The notes beneath the pieces were generated by a model. It worked only from the letters and a program-made list of their open reading frames with translations. It was not told where the DNA came from and did no database searches. A DNA stretch of 64,000 nucleotides from Spirochaetaceae bacterium (GTDB taxonomy: Bacteria > Spirochaetota > Spirochaetia > DSM-27196 > SKKC01), in contig SKXQ01000054.1 in the NCBI GenBank assembly GCA_007128315.1, forward strand, positions 14,377-78,376, in the 5' to 3' direction. A program made the translations under genes and the position numbers. Below, piece by piece: positions 21,786-31,395 of the stretch. The stretch's first letter is position 1. Each line of letters starts with the position of its first letter.

Positions 21786-22583
21786 GTGCTGTCGGTACGC
21801 GATCTGGACGTCAGATTCCCGGCCGCACGTCGCGGACAGGAAGTCCGGGCGGTTCGCGGCGTCTCCTTTGACATTCCCGAGGCGGGGCGCTTCGGCCTCG
21901 TCGGCGAGAGCGGCAGCGGAAAAACCGTCACCTGCATGGCGCTGACCAGACTCCTTGCCGGTTTCCCGCCACCGATTATTCGTGGTCAGGTACGCTTTGG
22001 CGACGAGGTAGAGGATCTCCTTTGCGTATCGGACCGGCGTCTCAACCATATTCGCCGGCACGGAATAGCCTGCATCTTTCAGGACCCGGTCGCCTCTCTG
22101 AACCCCTACATGACCGTGCGCACGCAGTTCCGGGAACTGCTTCGGCTCCTTGGCGCTCCCGGCGATGACCCTTGCAGACTGCTGGAACTCGTGCGCCTTC
22201 CGGACCCGCTACAGGTTCTTGACTCGTATCCGTCAGAGCTGTCCGGTGGTATGTGCCAGAGAGTCTCCATTGCGCTTGCTTTAGCGGGCAAACCGCGTCT
22301 GCTCATCGCCGATGAGCCGACCACCGATCTCGACGTCCTGACCCGGAATGCGATCCTTGACCTTCTCCGGGACATGTCGGAACGGTCGAGTATGGCATTG
22401 CTCCTGGTTACGCACGATCTGGGCATCGTCGGTCATCTCTGTGACCGTGTTGCGGTCATGGAACAGGGCATCATCGTCGAGCAGGGCGACACTGAGCATA
22501 TCTTCTCGAGTCCCCGACAGCCCTACACCCGGAATCTGCTGTCTGCAGTGCCCCGACTCGGGAGCGGGTCTGATGCAGACTGA
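21786..22583 (+). CDS. Peptide/nickel ABC transporter ATP-binding subunit (OppD/DppD-like)
   Basis: GESGSGKT, IFQDP, LSGGMCQR, LIADEPT, THDL. GTG start inferred just after serC. Confidence 0.9.
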   Translation: MLSVRDLDVRFPAARRGQEVRAVRGVSFDIPEAGRFGLVGESGSGKTVTCMALTRLLAGFPPPIIRGQVRFGDEVEDLLCVSDRRLNHIRRHGIACIFQDPVASLNPYMTVRTQFRELLRLLGAPGDDPCRLLELVRLPDPLQVLDSYPSELSGGMCQRVSIALALAGKPRLLIADEPTTDLDVLTRNAILDLLRDMSERSSMALLLVTHDLGIVGHLCDRVAVMEQGIIVEQGDTEHIFSSPRQPYTRNLLSAVPRLGSGSDAD

Positions 22584-23391
22584 TAACGGCTACACGGCAT
22601 TGCTTCGTGCCGACCATCTGACGGTACGCTACCCTGCTCGAAAGGCACGTCCAGGGCGGCCATCCCGGCCATCTGTCGATGCGGTGCGGGACGTTTCCCT
22701 CGCAGTCGACGCAGGTGAGATTCTCGGCGTCGTCGGCGAATCAGGCAGTGGTAAGTCGAGCCTGCTTCGATGCCTCATGCTCCTGGAACGACCGACGGCA
22801 GGCTCGATACGCTACCACGGACAGGAACTTACCGAACTCACACCCGTCGAGCTGTCCGAAACCCGTCAGGGTATGCAGATCGTCTTTCAGAACCCGTCCG
22901 CCTCGCTGAACCCGGATATGAGCGTGTTGCAGATTGTCTCGGAACCACTGCAGCAGCTCCGGGTCGGGTCTCCACGCGAACGCAGCGGGCTTGCACTTGA
23001 GGCACTCGAGAAGGTCGGTATTTCCGCGTCGGAGGCACACGACCGACCCGGGCATTTCTCCGGCGGGCAGAAACAGCGCATCGCTATCGCCAGGGCCATC
23101 GTCGTTAAGCCGGATATTCTCTTCGCCGACGAGGCGGTCAGCGCACTCGATGTCACCGTTGCCGCCCGCGTTATGGACCTGCTGCGCGCACTGCGCGACC
23201 GTATGGGATTTTCCATGGTTTTCGTCGCACACGACCTCGCCGTGGTTGCCGCGCTTTGCGACCGTATCGCGGTCATGAAAGACGGAGGCCTTCAGGAAAC
23301 AGGAAAGACTGCTGATATTCTTTGCCGGCCGCAGGCGGAGTACACCAGAAGACTGCTTGAAGCGGCACGACACACGGAGTTGCGCCGTTGA
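22573..23391 (+). CDS. Peptide/nickel ABC transporter ATP-binding subunit (OppF/DppF-like)
   Basis: GESGSGKS, VFQNP, FSGGQKQR, FADEAVSALD, AHDL. Confidence 0.92.
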   Translation: MQTDNGYTALLRADHLTVRYPARKARPGRPSRPSVDAVRDVSLAVDAGEILGVVGESGSGKSSLLRCLMLLERPTAGSIRYHGQELTELTPVELSETRQGMQIVFQNPSASLNPDMSVLQIVSEPLQQLRVGSPRERSGLALEALEKVGISASEAHDRPGHFSGGQKQRIAIARAIVVKPDILFADEAVSALDVTVAARVMDLLRALRDRMGFSMVFVAHDLAVVAALCDRIAVMKDGGLQETGKTADILCRPQAEYTRRLLEAARHTELRR

Positions 23392-25418
23392 ACAAACCTC
23401 ATCCGTCTGCCGCAACCCTGAGGCGTATACGCGCCGGATTTCACTTTCTGCTTTCAGGCAGTTCACGTCTTCTGATATTCCTCTCGGTTACCTTCCTCGT
23501 CGGGGAAATCGTGCTTCGCACAGAACCCCTTCGCTACCATGTTCTCTACGAATATCTGCTTTATCTCGGCCGACTCCTCCGTTTCGACCTCGGCGCGAAC
23601 CGGGATGGCGTACAGATCCTGTTTTACCTGCAGCCGGCCCTCCGGAATTCCCTCAGGCTCTTTCTTGTACCTATGGTCGTGTCGCTCGGACTCGCCTACT
23701 ACATAGGCAGCAGGACGTACATCCGGCGATCGGGAGTCATCGCGGGCGCTGTTCGTCGCGTTGCCAACTTCGCCTCAGCTGTGCCCGTGTACTGGCTGGC
23801 ACTGCTTTTTTTCGTCGTTGCCGTTGAGACCGGCTGGTTCCCGGTCGGAAATGTGAGCGCCCCCGGGGCCGACCGCCTGCCTCGTGTGGCCCGGTCGCTG
23901 AATTATCTGCATCACCTCGCGCTCCCATGGGCGAGTCTGATGCTTTATCCTGTCATGGTACTCTCGGATCGCATACAGACCCGACTGCGCTCGGTGAGCT
24001 CACAAAACTTCGTCAAGGCGCTCGAAAGCCGCGGATACCGGCGGTCGACCATCGTGCACCGACACCTCTACCCTGTGGTCCTGTCGGATCTGCTGCACGG
24101 TTTCGCCGCGCTCGTTCCCATGCTGATCACCTACCTGGTTCTGGTGGAACGGGTTTTCAACTATCCGGGACTGGGACTCATGACCATAGGCCAGTTTCAG
24201 GGCATCGCACCGGTTCCCGATACAAGCGTCTCGCAGGCGGGACTGACGTATCTCGGTATTCTGGCCATACTCTTGCAGACCCTTGCGCGCGGCCTCGCAG
24301 CCATGATACTGCCGCAAACGACGCATGATACCGGCGACGGCCGGACGAAGGTCTGGCGGCGAATCGTCCTTCCTGCAATCGGGGTAAGCGCGCTCCTCGC
24401 GCCGGCTCTTGCAGCAGCGATCCCATGGCCGACCATGCAGGCGCAGGGCGCCGGTATGATACCTGTCCGCCTCCTGCTGCTTCTGCTGTCCGGTACCACA
24501 TTCGTTTCTGCGTTGCAGCGGGTCCGGGCGGCATCTTCGGCCCCACGCCTGTTTCGTGGATCCCCGCAGCAGCGGAACCGTCTGTGGATACCCGTGCCTG
24601 ATCCCGCCTGGATCGGACGCGTTATCCGCACCCATGGCCGGCAGATTCTCGGCATCGCGCTCCTCGTCGCAGCATTTGCCCTGCTTCTCGGCGCCGGCTT
24701 CATGATCGAGACCCCTCCAAGAAGCTTCGCGAACCCGATCATGGCCGAACGCGCCACGGGGATACCCTGGCCAGTCGCCTATACGCAGCGGGCCATTGTG
24801 GCGTCGCGATTCATGCTCATACCACTCGCGGCTGCACTGGCTGCCGTCGTCGCAGGAACCCTCGCGGGCAGCATCGCTGGTTACCACGGGCTTCAAAGCG
24901 CCGATGGAATCGCCGATATCATCGAAACCTTTCCCTCGGTTACCGTCCTCGTCATGATGAGCGCCGCTACCGACCGCTCGATCATGGGACTCCTTGTCAC
25001 CCTGGCGCTCATCGGAGGCGCGCGGATGTACCGGAGAATCCGATTCGAAGTCGAACAGATCCGGGAACGCGATTACATACGGTACAGCACGCTCCTGGGA
25101 AGCCCTGCCGCGACGGTCATGTTCCGACACGTTCTCCGGAATACGGCTCCACTGATCGCTCAGGCAGGCGTGCTGGTTGCCGTGGACCTGCTGATCCTCG
25201 AAGCGAATATGAGCTTCCTCGGCAATTTCTACAGTCTTCCCTTCGAATGGGAGTCGTTCATTCCCGTACGCGGATGGGGTCTTATGCTCAACGAGACGCG
25301 CTCGCTCATGATTCGAGGTGACATGGCCCCTGCCTTGATACCGGCCGCGTTCCTTTCGGTCGCAGTTATCATCGGACGGGCCCTCGCGGGCGCTGTACGA
25401 GGGAGACCACAGTCATGA
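23388..25418 (+). CDS. Fused double ABC permease (OppB-like + OppC-like)
   Basis: Two EAA-loop-like segments (QNFVKALESRG...VHRH and RDYIRYSTLLG...MFRHVLRN); OppB-type VERVFNYPGLG; OppC-type EANMSFLG...WGLML. Confidence 0.85.
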   Translation: MNKPHPSAATLRRIRAGFHFLLSGSSRLLIFLSVTFLVGEIVLRTEPLRYHVLYEYLLYLGRLLRFDLGANRDGVQILFYLQPALRNSLRLFLVPMVVSLGLAYYIGSRTYIRRSGVIAGAVRRVANFASAVPVYWLALLFFVVAVETGWFPVGNVSAPGADRLPRVARSLNYLHHLALPWASLMLYPVMVLSDRIQTRLRSVSSQNFVKALESRGYRRSTIVHRHLYPVVLSDLLHGFAALVPMLITYLVLVERVFNYPGLGLMTIGQFQGIAPVPDTSVSQAGLTYLGILAILLQTLARGLAAMILPQTTHDTGDGRTKVWRRIVLPAIGVSALLAPALAAAIPWPTMQAQGAGMIPVRLLLLLLSGTTFVSALQRVRAASSAPRLFRGSPQQRNRLWIPVPDPAWIGRVIRTHGRQILGIALLVAAFALLLGAGFMIETPPRSFANPIMAERATGIPWPVAYTQRAIVASRFMLIPLAAALAAVVAGTLAGSIAGYHGLQSADGIADIIETFPSVTVLVMMSAATDRSIMGLLVTLALIGGARMYRRIRFEVEQIRERDYIRYSTLLGSPAATVMFRHVLRNTAPLIAQAGVLVAVDLLILEANMSFLGNFYSLPFEWESFIPVRGWGLMLNETRSLMIRGDMAPALIPAAFLSVAVIIGRALAGAVRGRPQS

Positions 25419-27157
25419 AGCACAGACGTGGAGTCGGGCGCCTTCTCCTGCTGACCTTCGTTCTGTTCGCGAGTTCGCGACTGACGGCAGAGGTGTTTGA
25501 CTACGCTTCGACTGCGGGCAGATGGATGAGGATCCCTGAGACCGGTGCCGTCGTGCGTCTGGGAACGTACCGGGACGGGGACCGCACCGTACTCAGACAG
25601 GTGGTATTCGAGAATGAAACGCTGCACAGCGTTGACCTCGCGGACCTGTACATCGGCACCGCGCGAATCCGTCGGGCGATAGAAACCGGTGACATCGTGC
25701 TCCTGTACATCACCGACGGAGGAAATCGACTCCCGAACGGTCTATACGCGGTTCCCCGGACGGAACTCCCTGAGAGGACCGGAGAGTCGGACGCAGACGC
25801 TTTGTGGCTCAGGGATCACCTGCTCACCGAAGCCGGACGGGTAGCCTCACACAGAGACTTTGACGCACTCCCGGGCGACCGGACCGGTTCGGAAGACCGG
25901 TATGTCGTGGCTCATCGCACACCGGGCGGATCGCAACTCGTCGTATACACTGCAGACGGACATGCGCGAAACGTCAAAGGAGTAGACGAAAACCGCCTTG
26001 CGGGCGATCTGCGCCTCGCCCGGGACGAGCGCACTGATCGCCTCCTGATATCATTCAGGAGCCGCGGACAGACCGAGGAGGCAGGGCTTCACGTCGGACT
26101 TCTGCGATCAGATAACGGCACCTACGTGTACGAGGAACTGACACAGCTCCCCGGTCGCTTTTTTTCGGTGTTTGGCTCGACCGCTGAGGGTCCTCGCGGT
26201 CCACTCGGCTACGGAACCACCTACCGGGATGCGGGGCATGACCTTATCGTTCTGAACGACGGCAGTATCGCCATTGCCTACCAGTACATTACGCAGATTC
26301 TCAGCCCTCTGACGCGGCCGGCCGCCGGTCTGGTCGTATATCATCTGTCCTCTGATTCAGGCGAAGCGACCCGCATTACCGTCACCGAACCGCAGACCAG
26401 TCGCTTCGTGTTTTCGCCGCGTCTGTATCAAGCCGATGAACAAACGCTGTCTGTATACTGGATTGCCGAACAGCATCCCGAATTTATAAGTGATGTATTC
26501 AGGGCCGACATCGATCTCGCGACCATGCGTACGGATCGCCCCGAAAACATCAGTGCGAACGCCCGTGTCGTCAGCGACCCTGCGGCTGCTGACCCCGGAG
26601 GCACTTCTGTGCTGTATCTTCAGCACGAACCCCGGGCCGAAACCTCCCGGGTAATCGTCCGGAAGCCCGCCGTCCGCACGCCGGGAGACTGGTTCCGCGT
26701 TCCGGGAGACGGTGTTCCAGCAGAGAATCTTGCCGCCGCACTGCTCACCGTGCCGCTTGCCGCTCTGTATGGTATTGCATTGATGTTCACCCGCTCACTT
26801 CCGGCGCTCCTGCTCGTGTACGCTCTAACCGGTGCACTGTATCGCTTCAGCCCCGAGATCGTACGGCATGCAGGAGCCCGCATGATTCCTGTTCTAAGCT
26901 GCCTCTATTTTGCCGTTCACGGAATTCCGCCGTTCAGTTTCACACCGTTCACGCACGGTGCTTCCCTGTTCGCTCTTGCAGCGGGTGCAGCGCTGTGCAG
27001 TGGCTATCTCGCACAGACCCGGACATTCCCACCCCGGGGATCGACGAGAAACGACATGATGCTGCCGATCGCGATTGGTGCGCTTGTGTTCAATACGGTT
27101 CTTGCCTACCCGCTTGTCGCCGAAATGCTTGCGGGTCTTAACAGCTTCGTGTACTAG
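25415..27157 (+). CDS. Exported/membrane protein: signal peptide, large beta-rich domain, about 5 C-terminal TM helices
   Basis: Start overlaps the permease stop (ATGA). N-terminus MKHRRGVGRLLLLTFVLFASSRLTA; hydrophobic C-terminal ~140 aa. Confidence 0.75.
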   Translation: MKHRRGVGRLLLLTFVLFASSRLTAEVFDYASTAGRWMRIPETGAVVRLGTYRDGDRTVLRQVVFENETLHSVDLADLYIGTARIRRAIETGDIVLLYITDGGNRLPNGLYAVPRTELPERTGESDADALWLRDHLLTEAGRVASHRDFDALPGDRTGSEDRYVVAHRTPGGSQLVVYTADGHARNVKGVDENRLAGDLRLARDERTDRLLISFRSRGQTEEAGLHVGLLRSDNGTYVYEELTQLPGRFFSVFGSTAEGPRGPLGYGTTYRDAGHDLIVLNDGSIAIAYQYITQILSPLTRPAAGLVVYHLSSDSGEATRITVTEPQTSRFVFSPRLYQADEQTLSVYWIAEQHPEFISDVFRADIDLATMRTDRPENISANARVVSDPAAADPGGTSVLYLQHEPRAETSRVIVRKPAVRTPGDWFRVPGDGVPAENLAAALLTVPLAALYGIALMFTRSLPALLLVYALTGALYRFSPEIVRHAGARMIPVLSCLYFAVHGIPPFSFTPFTHGASLFALAAGAALCSGYLAQTRTFPPRGSTRNDMMLPIAIGALVFNTVLAYPLVAEMLAGLNSFVY

Positions 27158-27558
27158 AACTGGAAGGGGTGCGGCAGAAGATCGGCCATCGTGTAATAGT
27201 CTTTCACCTCAGAAAGATCGGCTATGAGAATCCGCGTATCCGGCAACGTAAACTCCGAGAGCACCTGCAGGCAGACGGCACAGGGAACCGCGAGCGGATC
27301 GGCGTCGGTCACGACCAGCACGAACTCAAGCTTCGTGTATCCGATATCTGCCAACATGGACATAACCGCACCGCGTTCGGCGCAGATCGTCGCTCCGTAG
27401 CTGGCGTTTTCAACATTGCAGCCGCCGTAGATCTTATCGCTGTCTACGGGCTTGATCGCCGCGCCAACCAGAAACCCCGAGTACGGGGCGTAGGCGTTCT
27501 CACGAGCCTGCCGAGCGATCTGCAGTGCCTTCTCCATGATCATCGTATCCTTACTCAT
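27154..27558 (-). CDS. cdd: Cytidine deaminase (homotetrameric type)
   Basis: AYAPYSGFLVGAA, GCNVENASYG, CAER, PCAVC zinc motif. Confidence 0.96.
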   Translation of the reverse strand: MSKDTMIMEKALQIARQARENAYAPYSGFLVGAAIKPVDSDKIYGGCNVENASYGATICAERGAVMSMLADIGYTKLEFVLVVTDADPLAVPCAVCLQVLSEFTLPDTRILIADLSEVKDYYTMADLLPHPFQF

Positions 27559-27652
27559 CGGCTGCGTCCCCCCGCTGATACGGTAGTACGAAGCGTCACC
27601 ACGTGCAAGATCGAAGATCTTCGCCTATACTGAAAAAAACACGCGGAGGCAC

Positions 27653-28981
27653 ATGAACACCAAGACGTTTTTCTCGGCTGACAGGGTGGTCTTCCTCAGA
27701 TCACAAAACAAGAGGGACGCGATCGAGACCCTGGTGCGTACGGCCTGCGATTCGGCCGACATACGGAACCCGAAACTTGTCGCTGATCTGGTGCTGGCGC
27801 GTGAAGAAGAAATTTCGACGAAGGTGTCCGAAGGTGTAGCAATTCCACACGCGAAGTTACCCGACTCCGACCGGACGGTCGGCTGCATCGGCATTTCCGC
27901 TGAAGGCGTTCCCTACGATGGCGGATCGGTTCACGTCATTGTGCTGATGCTCTGGGCACACACCACAAACCTCCTGGTCCTGAGCGATCTGGGCCGCCTG
28001 CTCCGACGATCCGATCTCTACGAAGCGCTGAAACGGTCCCGTACTGCCGAACAGGTTCTGAAAGTTCTGTCGAATCCTCCAACACGTGTAGAAAAGGAAC
28101 CCGAGCGAAACAGGACGGCATCTACGACCTTCCTGCACGCGCTCAGACTCGCGGAGTCCATAGGCCTTGAGTCCGTCCTGCTTTTTCCCGACGCGATGGG
28201 GTCGGTCTATTTCTTCAAGTCTGAACCCGGCCTGCAGGATGCCCGCTCGTCGTTTCGCGGCCGGGTACTCCTTCTGACAAACGACCCTGAGGCATACACG
28301 TCCGATGGAATTGTTGACGAAATCATCGACATGCCCGTGAAATCAGTCAGTGAGCACAACCTCACTACTACATCGCTCCTGTTTCTTCTCAGTCGGGGCA
28401 TTCTGGAAAAGACCGAGCGCGTCCTTACGGTGTTCGGCGAGCCTTCAAGCGGAGCGCTGGATACCATACGACTTACGAACCTGAAACGCGAGTTCGGCCC
28501 CCTGTTCCGGCTTCCCAGCGGCGGCGTCGGCGGTGACATTGACGATCTGGTGTTCGCACGGGTCCTGCAACTGGCAACGGAACTCGCCCAGGAAGGCAGG
28601 GAGGGGAAGCCCGCGGGTACGATTTTTGTCCTTGGTGATTACGAGAACGTCAAGGGCTACTGTCACCAGCTGCTGGTAAATCCCTTTCGCGGTCTTGAAG
28701 AATCAGACCGGAACGTTCTCGACCCGAGCCTTGAGGAAACGGTGAAGGAGTTCTCGCGCATCGACGGGGCGTTTCTGATCGGCGGAGACGGTGTGATACA
28801 GAGCGCGGGCACCTATCTGCGCGCTGATGTGGAAGTCCAGGATCTGCCGCAGGGGCTCGGTGCCCGGCACACCGCAGCAGCAGCCATTACTGCCGTCAGC
28901 GCGTCTGTTTCCATAGCGATAAGCGAGTCGACGAAGCGGATCTCCGTCTTTCGCCAGGGACGGCGCGTTATGAGCGCCTGA
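27653..28981 (+). CDS. PTS EIIA(Fru/Ntr-type) domain fused to a DisA_N/DacZ-type diadenylate cyclase
   Basis: N-terminal REEEIST...GVAIPHAK with the phosphorylatable His kept; C-terminal EGREGKPAGTIFVLGD, RIDGAF (DGA), GLGARHTAAAAIT, ISES. Confidence 0.9.
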   Translation: MNTKTFFSADRVVFLRSQNKRDAIETLVRTACDSADIRNPKLVADLVLAREEEISTKVSEGVAIPHAKLPDSDRTVGCIGISAEGVPYDGGSVHVIVLMLWAHTTNLLVLSDLGRLLRRSDLYEALKRSRTAEQVLKVLSNPPTRVEKEPERNRTASTTFLHALRLAESIGLESVLLFPDAMGSVYFFKSEPGLQDARSSFRGRVLLLTNDPEAYTSDGIVDEIIDMPVKSVSEHNLTTTSLLFLLSRGILEKTERVLTVFGEPSSGALDTIRLTNLKREFGPLFRLPSGGVGGDIDDLVFARVLQLATELAQEGREGKPAGTIFVLGDYENVKGYCHQLLVNPFRGLEESDRNVLDPSLEETVKEFSRIDGAFLIGGDGVIQSAGTYLRADVEVQDLPQGLGARHTAAAAITAVSASVSIAISESTKRISVFRQGRRVMSA

Positions 28982-28990
28982 TTCCGTCGA

Positions 28991-31261
28991 CTACGGCCCC
29001 GCGGCAGGAGGAGCCGCATAGAGCGCGATAGCCTCGGCACGCGCCGAAGCGCGCGCGCTTCGCAGGTCGTCGGCGCTGCCGCGAAGTGAAGATACACCGT
29101 CAGGTTCCGACAAGGGCTGTGTTCCGTCATTCACGCGCATGACTGCGCCGGGATTGCGGTCGAGAAAACCCTTGACGTCATCAAAGGCTATGGAAAAAAC
29201 CGAAACTTTCGTTTCACTCGTTACCCTGACCGTGCTCGGCTGTTGACGGTGCAGCTCGCCCATGTTCCCGGCAAGCATACCGCGCTGCAGCGTGTTCGTT
29301 TTTCCGCCTTCTTCTGCGACCAGGAGACGTCCGTCCCGCACCAGAAAGACTTCCTGCACGGCTGCCCCGTATTCAACGAGGACCTCTGAAGCACCGTATT
29401 CGCGCGGCTGCAGCACCGACTCGAGCCACATCCGCTGGTAGTCGGTCAGGTGAACGAAGGGCAGCCCCTCGGCCAGCAGGTTCCAGGTCTCTTCGCTGCG
29501 GTTGCGAATCAGACGTCTCAGCACTGTTTCGAACTCGGTTCCGGCGATGAAGTTCAGGAATCGCGAACGTTCTATGGACAGAATTTCGACTTCAGACTCG
29601 GCAATAACGTCGGCTGTGCGGTCGCTGTCGGTCATGAGAGCAACCTCGCCGAAGTAGTCATACGCACCAAGCGCTTTGCCACGCACGAGGTTGTCTACGA
29701 GGACCGCCGCGTTGCCGTTCATGATGATATAAAAGTAGTTCCCCCGGGTTCCCTTGCGGATAATGTGCTCCCCGGCACGAAAGGTCTGCCGTTCGACAAT
29801 GCCAAAGAACTGCTGCACTTTAGGTACGCTCATATCCCTGGCAAAATCGAGCTGCTTCAAGACGTCGAGAACCCGGTAGGCTTCTTCGTACGGCGGCGGA
29901 GCCGTGTCGAGATACCTGGTGTTCTCTATGCCGAAAGAAGCCCGACTCAACAGCGAATCGCCCGGAAAGTCCTTCTCTGCGATGTGAAAGCAGGTGATCC
30001 TGCGCTGTACGTCTTCAGGGAGATTCGCCAGATAGGTAACCGGAGTGTGCAGCGGCGCTATACCCGCTTCGTGGTAGATCACATCTGCATCCCAGGGAAA
30101 GCTTTTCAGCTGCTCGTATCGCCGCTGATCAATCGTCCCGCCGGCAAGCATCGATTCATGGATGTCGGGGTCATTCTGGTGGTCGCTCGAGTATACGAAG
30201 CTCTTGTCCTGAAACGTGAGCCGAAAAGCCATGGTCGGAATCGAATGGACCGAGTAATAGACCGCGAACTCTCCCCCATGCACGTAGAAGCTCTGGTCTA
30301 TATACACAGGGTGAAAATCAAAGAGGGACCTCAGAAAATCCGGGTGTTCGCCCGAGAAGGATGCATACTTTCGCAGAAAGCTCTGCATGATTGTTGGCGT
30401 TGTATACACGGTCACACGACCTTCCTGAAGAATTTTCTGAAAGGTTCCCGCGTCGTGGTCTGCATGGCAGTGCGTCAGGATGATGGAGTCTATGAACTTG
30501 GGGTTTACGTTCGACTGAAGCAGCCACTCGGTGCAGTTGACGGGGGGATCGACCATGATGCCGCTGTGGTTGAGCCAGATAATGAAACCGGACGTGTTAT
30601 CATGCGGGTCAAAGCCGTGACTCGGTCCGAGGCATGTTACCCCGAAGCGCGGGGGCACAAAGGGAGTCGACAGTCGCTCACCGATATCATACTGCGGTGT
30701 GTAGGAGACCGCTGCCGGTACAGAGACCGCCTCGAGCCCGTCCCAACTGAACTGGAAGCTGTCGGGCGTACTGCGAATATGCACGCCGTCGATCTCGACT
30801 ACATCATCCTTGAAGCAGACAATATCAAACAGATCCTCCAGGGCCAGCGCCCCCCGGAAAAACGAGAGCTCACGGCTGATATCAGGAACCCAGGAATCGG
30901 GGTCATCCGAGAAGAGGTCCTGTCGCAGATCGAGCTTCCCGGGTCCGAATACCGACTCCCGAATCGCAACCGAAAGCCGCGCACCCTGTTCTTCGGTGCA
31001 GCATATCGTAACCTTCTGTTTGCGTATAAAAAAATTAAAGTAGATCGGAAACTCCATGTCACCGACGTTGATGCCCTTCTGCCAGTGAAACAGATCATGC
31101 GGGAGCACGAAGATTCTCGGGACCGACTCCGGCGTCACCAGAGTATCCTTGATCGTCTCCGGCGGAGCTCCCACCTGTATACCCCCGATTGGCGTCCGGA
31201 CGATACGACCGCCACGCGGCAGTTCTACGACGGTCCCGACCTGTATTTCTGATTCCTTCAT
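28991..31261 (-). CDS. Metallo-beta-lactamase-fold hydrolase with two cyclic-nucleotide-binding domains (putative cyclic-nucleotide phosphodiesterase)
   Basis: THCHADHD (HxHxDH), VHSIP, YSSDH, HEAG. cNMP domain FYIIMNG...YFGEVAL...RTADV, followed by a second, degenerate cNMP domain. Confidence 0.88.
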   Translation of the reverse strand: MKESEIQVGTVVELPRGGRIVRTPIGGIQVGAPPETIKDTLVTPESVPRIFVLPHDLFHWQKGINVGDMEFPIYFNFFIRKQKVTICCTEEQGARLSVAIRESVFGPGKLDLRQDLFSDDPDSWVPDISRELSFFRGALALEDLFDIVCFKDDVVEIDGVHIRSTPDSFQFSWDGLEAVSVPAAVSYTPQYDIGERLSTPFVPPRFGVTCLGPSHGFDPHDNTSGFIIWLNHSGIMVDPPVNCTEWLLQSNVNPKFIDSIILTHCHADHDAGTFQKILQEGRVTVYTTPTIMQSFLRKYASFSGEHPDFLRSLFDFHPVYIDQSFYVHGGEFAVYYSVHSIPTMAFRLTFQDKSFVYSSDHQNDPDIHESMLAGGTIDQRRYEQLKSFPWDADVIYHEAGIAPLHTPVTYLANLPEDVQRRITCFHIAEKDFPGDSLLSRASFGIENTRYLDTAPPPYEEAYRVLDVLKQLDFARDMSVPKVQQFFGIVERQTFRAGEHIIRKGTRGNYFYIIMNGNAAVLVDNLVRGKALGAYDYFGEVALMTDSDRTADVIAESEVEILSIERSRFLNFIAGTEFETVLRRLIRNRSEETWNLLAEGLPFVHLTDYQRMWLESVLQPREYGASEVLVEYGAAVQEVFLVRDGRLLVAEEGGKTNTLQRGMLAGNMGELHRQQPSTVRVTSETKVSVFSIAFDDVKGFLDRNPGAVMRVNDGTQPLSEPDGVSSLRGSADDLRSARASARAEAIALYAAPPAAGP

Positions 31262-31360
31262 TTCTCCCCCGCACCACTCCGAATGGTTTTTGCAGTGTAC
31301 TCGCGCTCCGGGTACGCTGCAATCTATTCTATGTACTACACATCCGACGTGATTTCACGG

Positions 31361-31389
31361 TTGACGGCTCACGGGAGCGGGTATAGCAT
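31361..31389 (+). promoter_or_regulatory. Sigma70-type promoter of an intergenic transcript
   Basis: TTGACG-N17-TAGCAT; the same hexamers and spacing occur before hom. Confidence 0.75.
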
Positions 31390-31395
31390 CATGGT

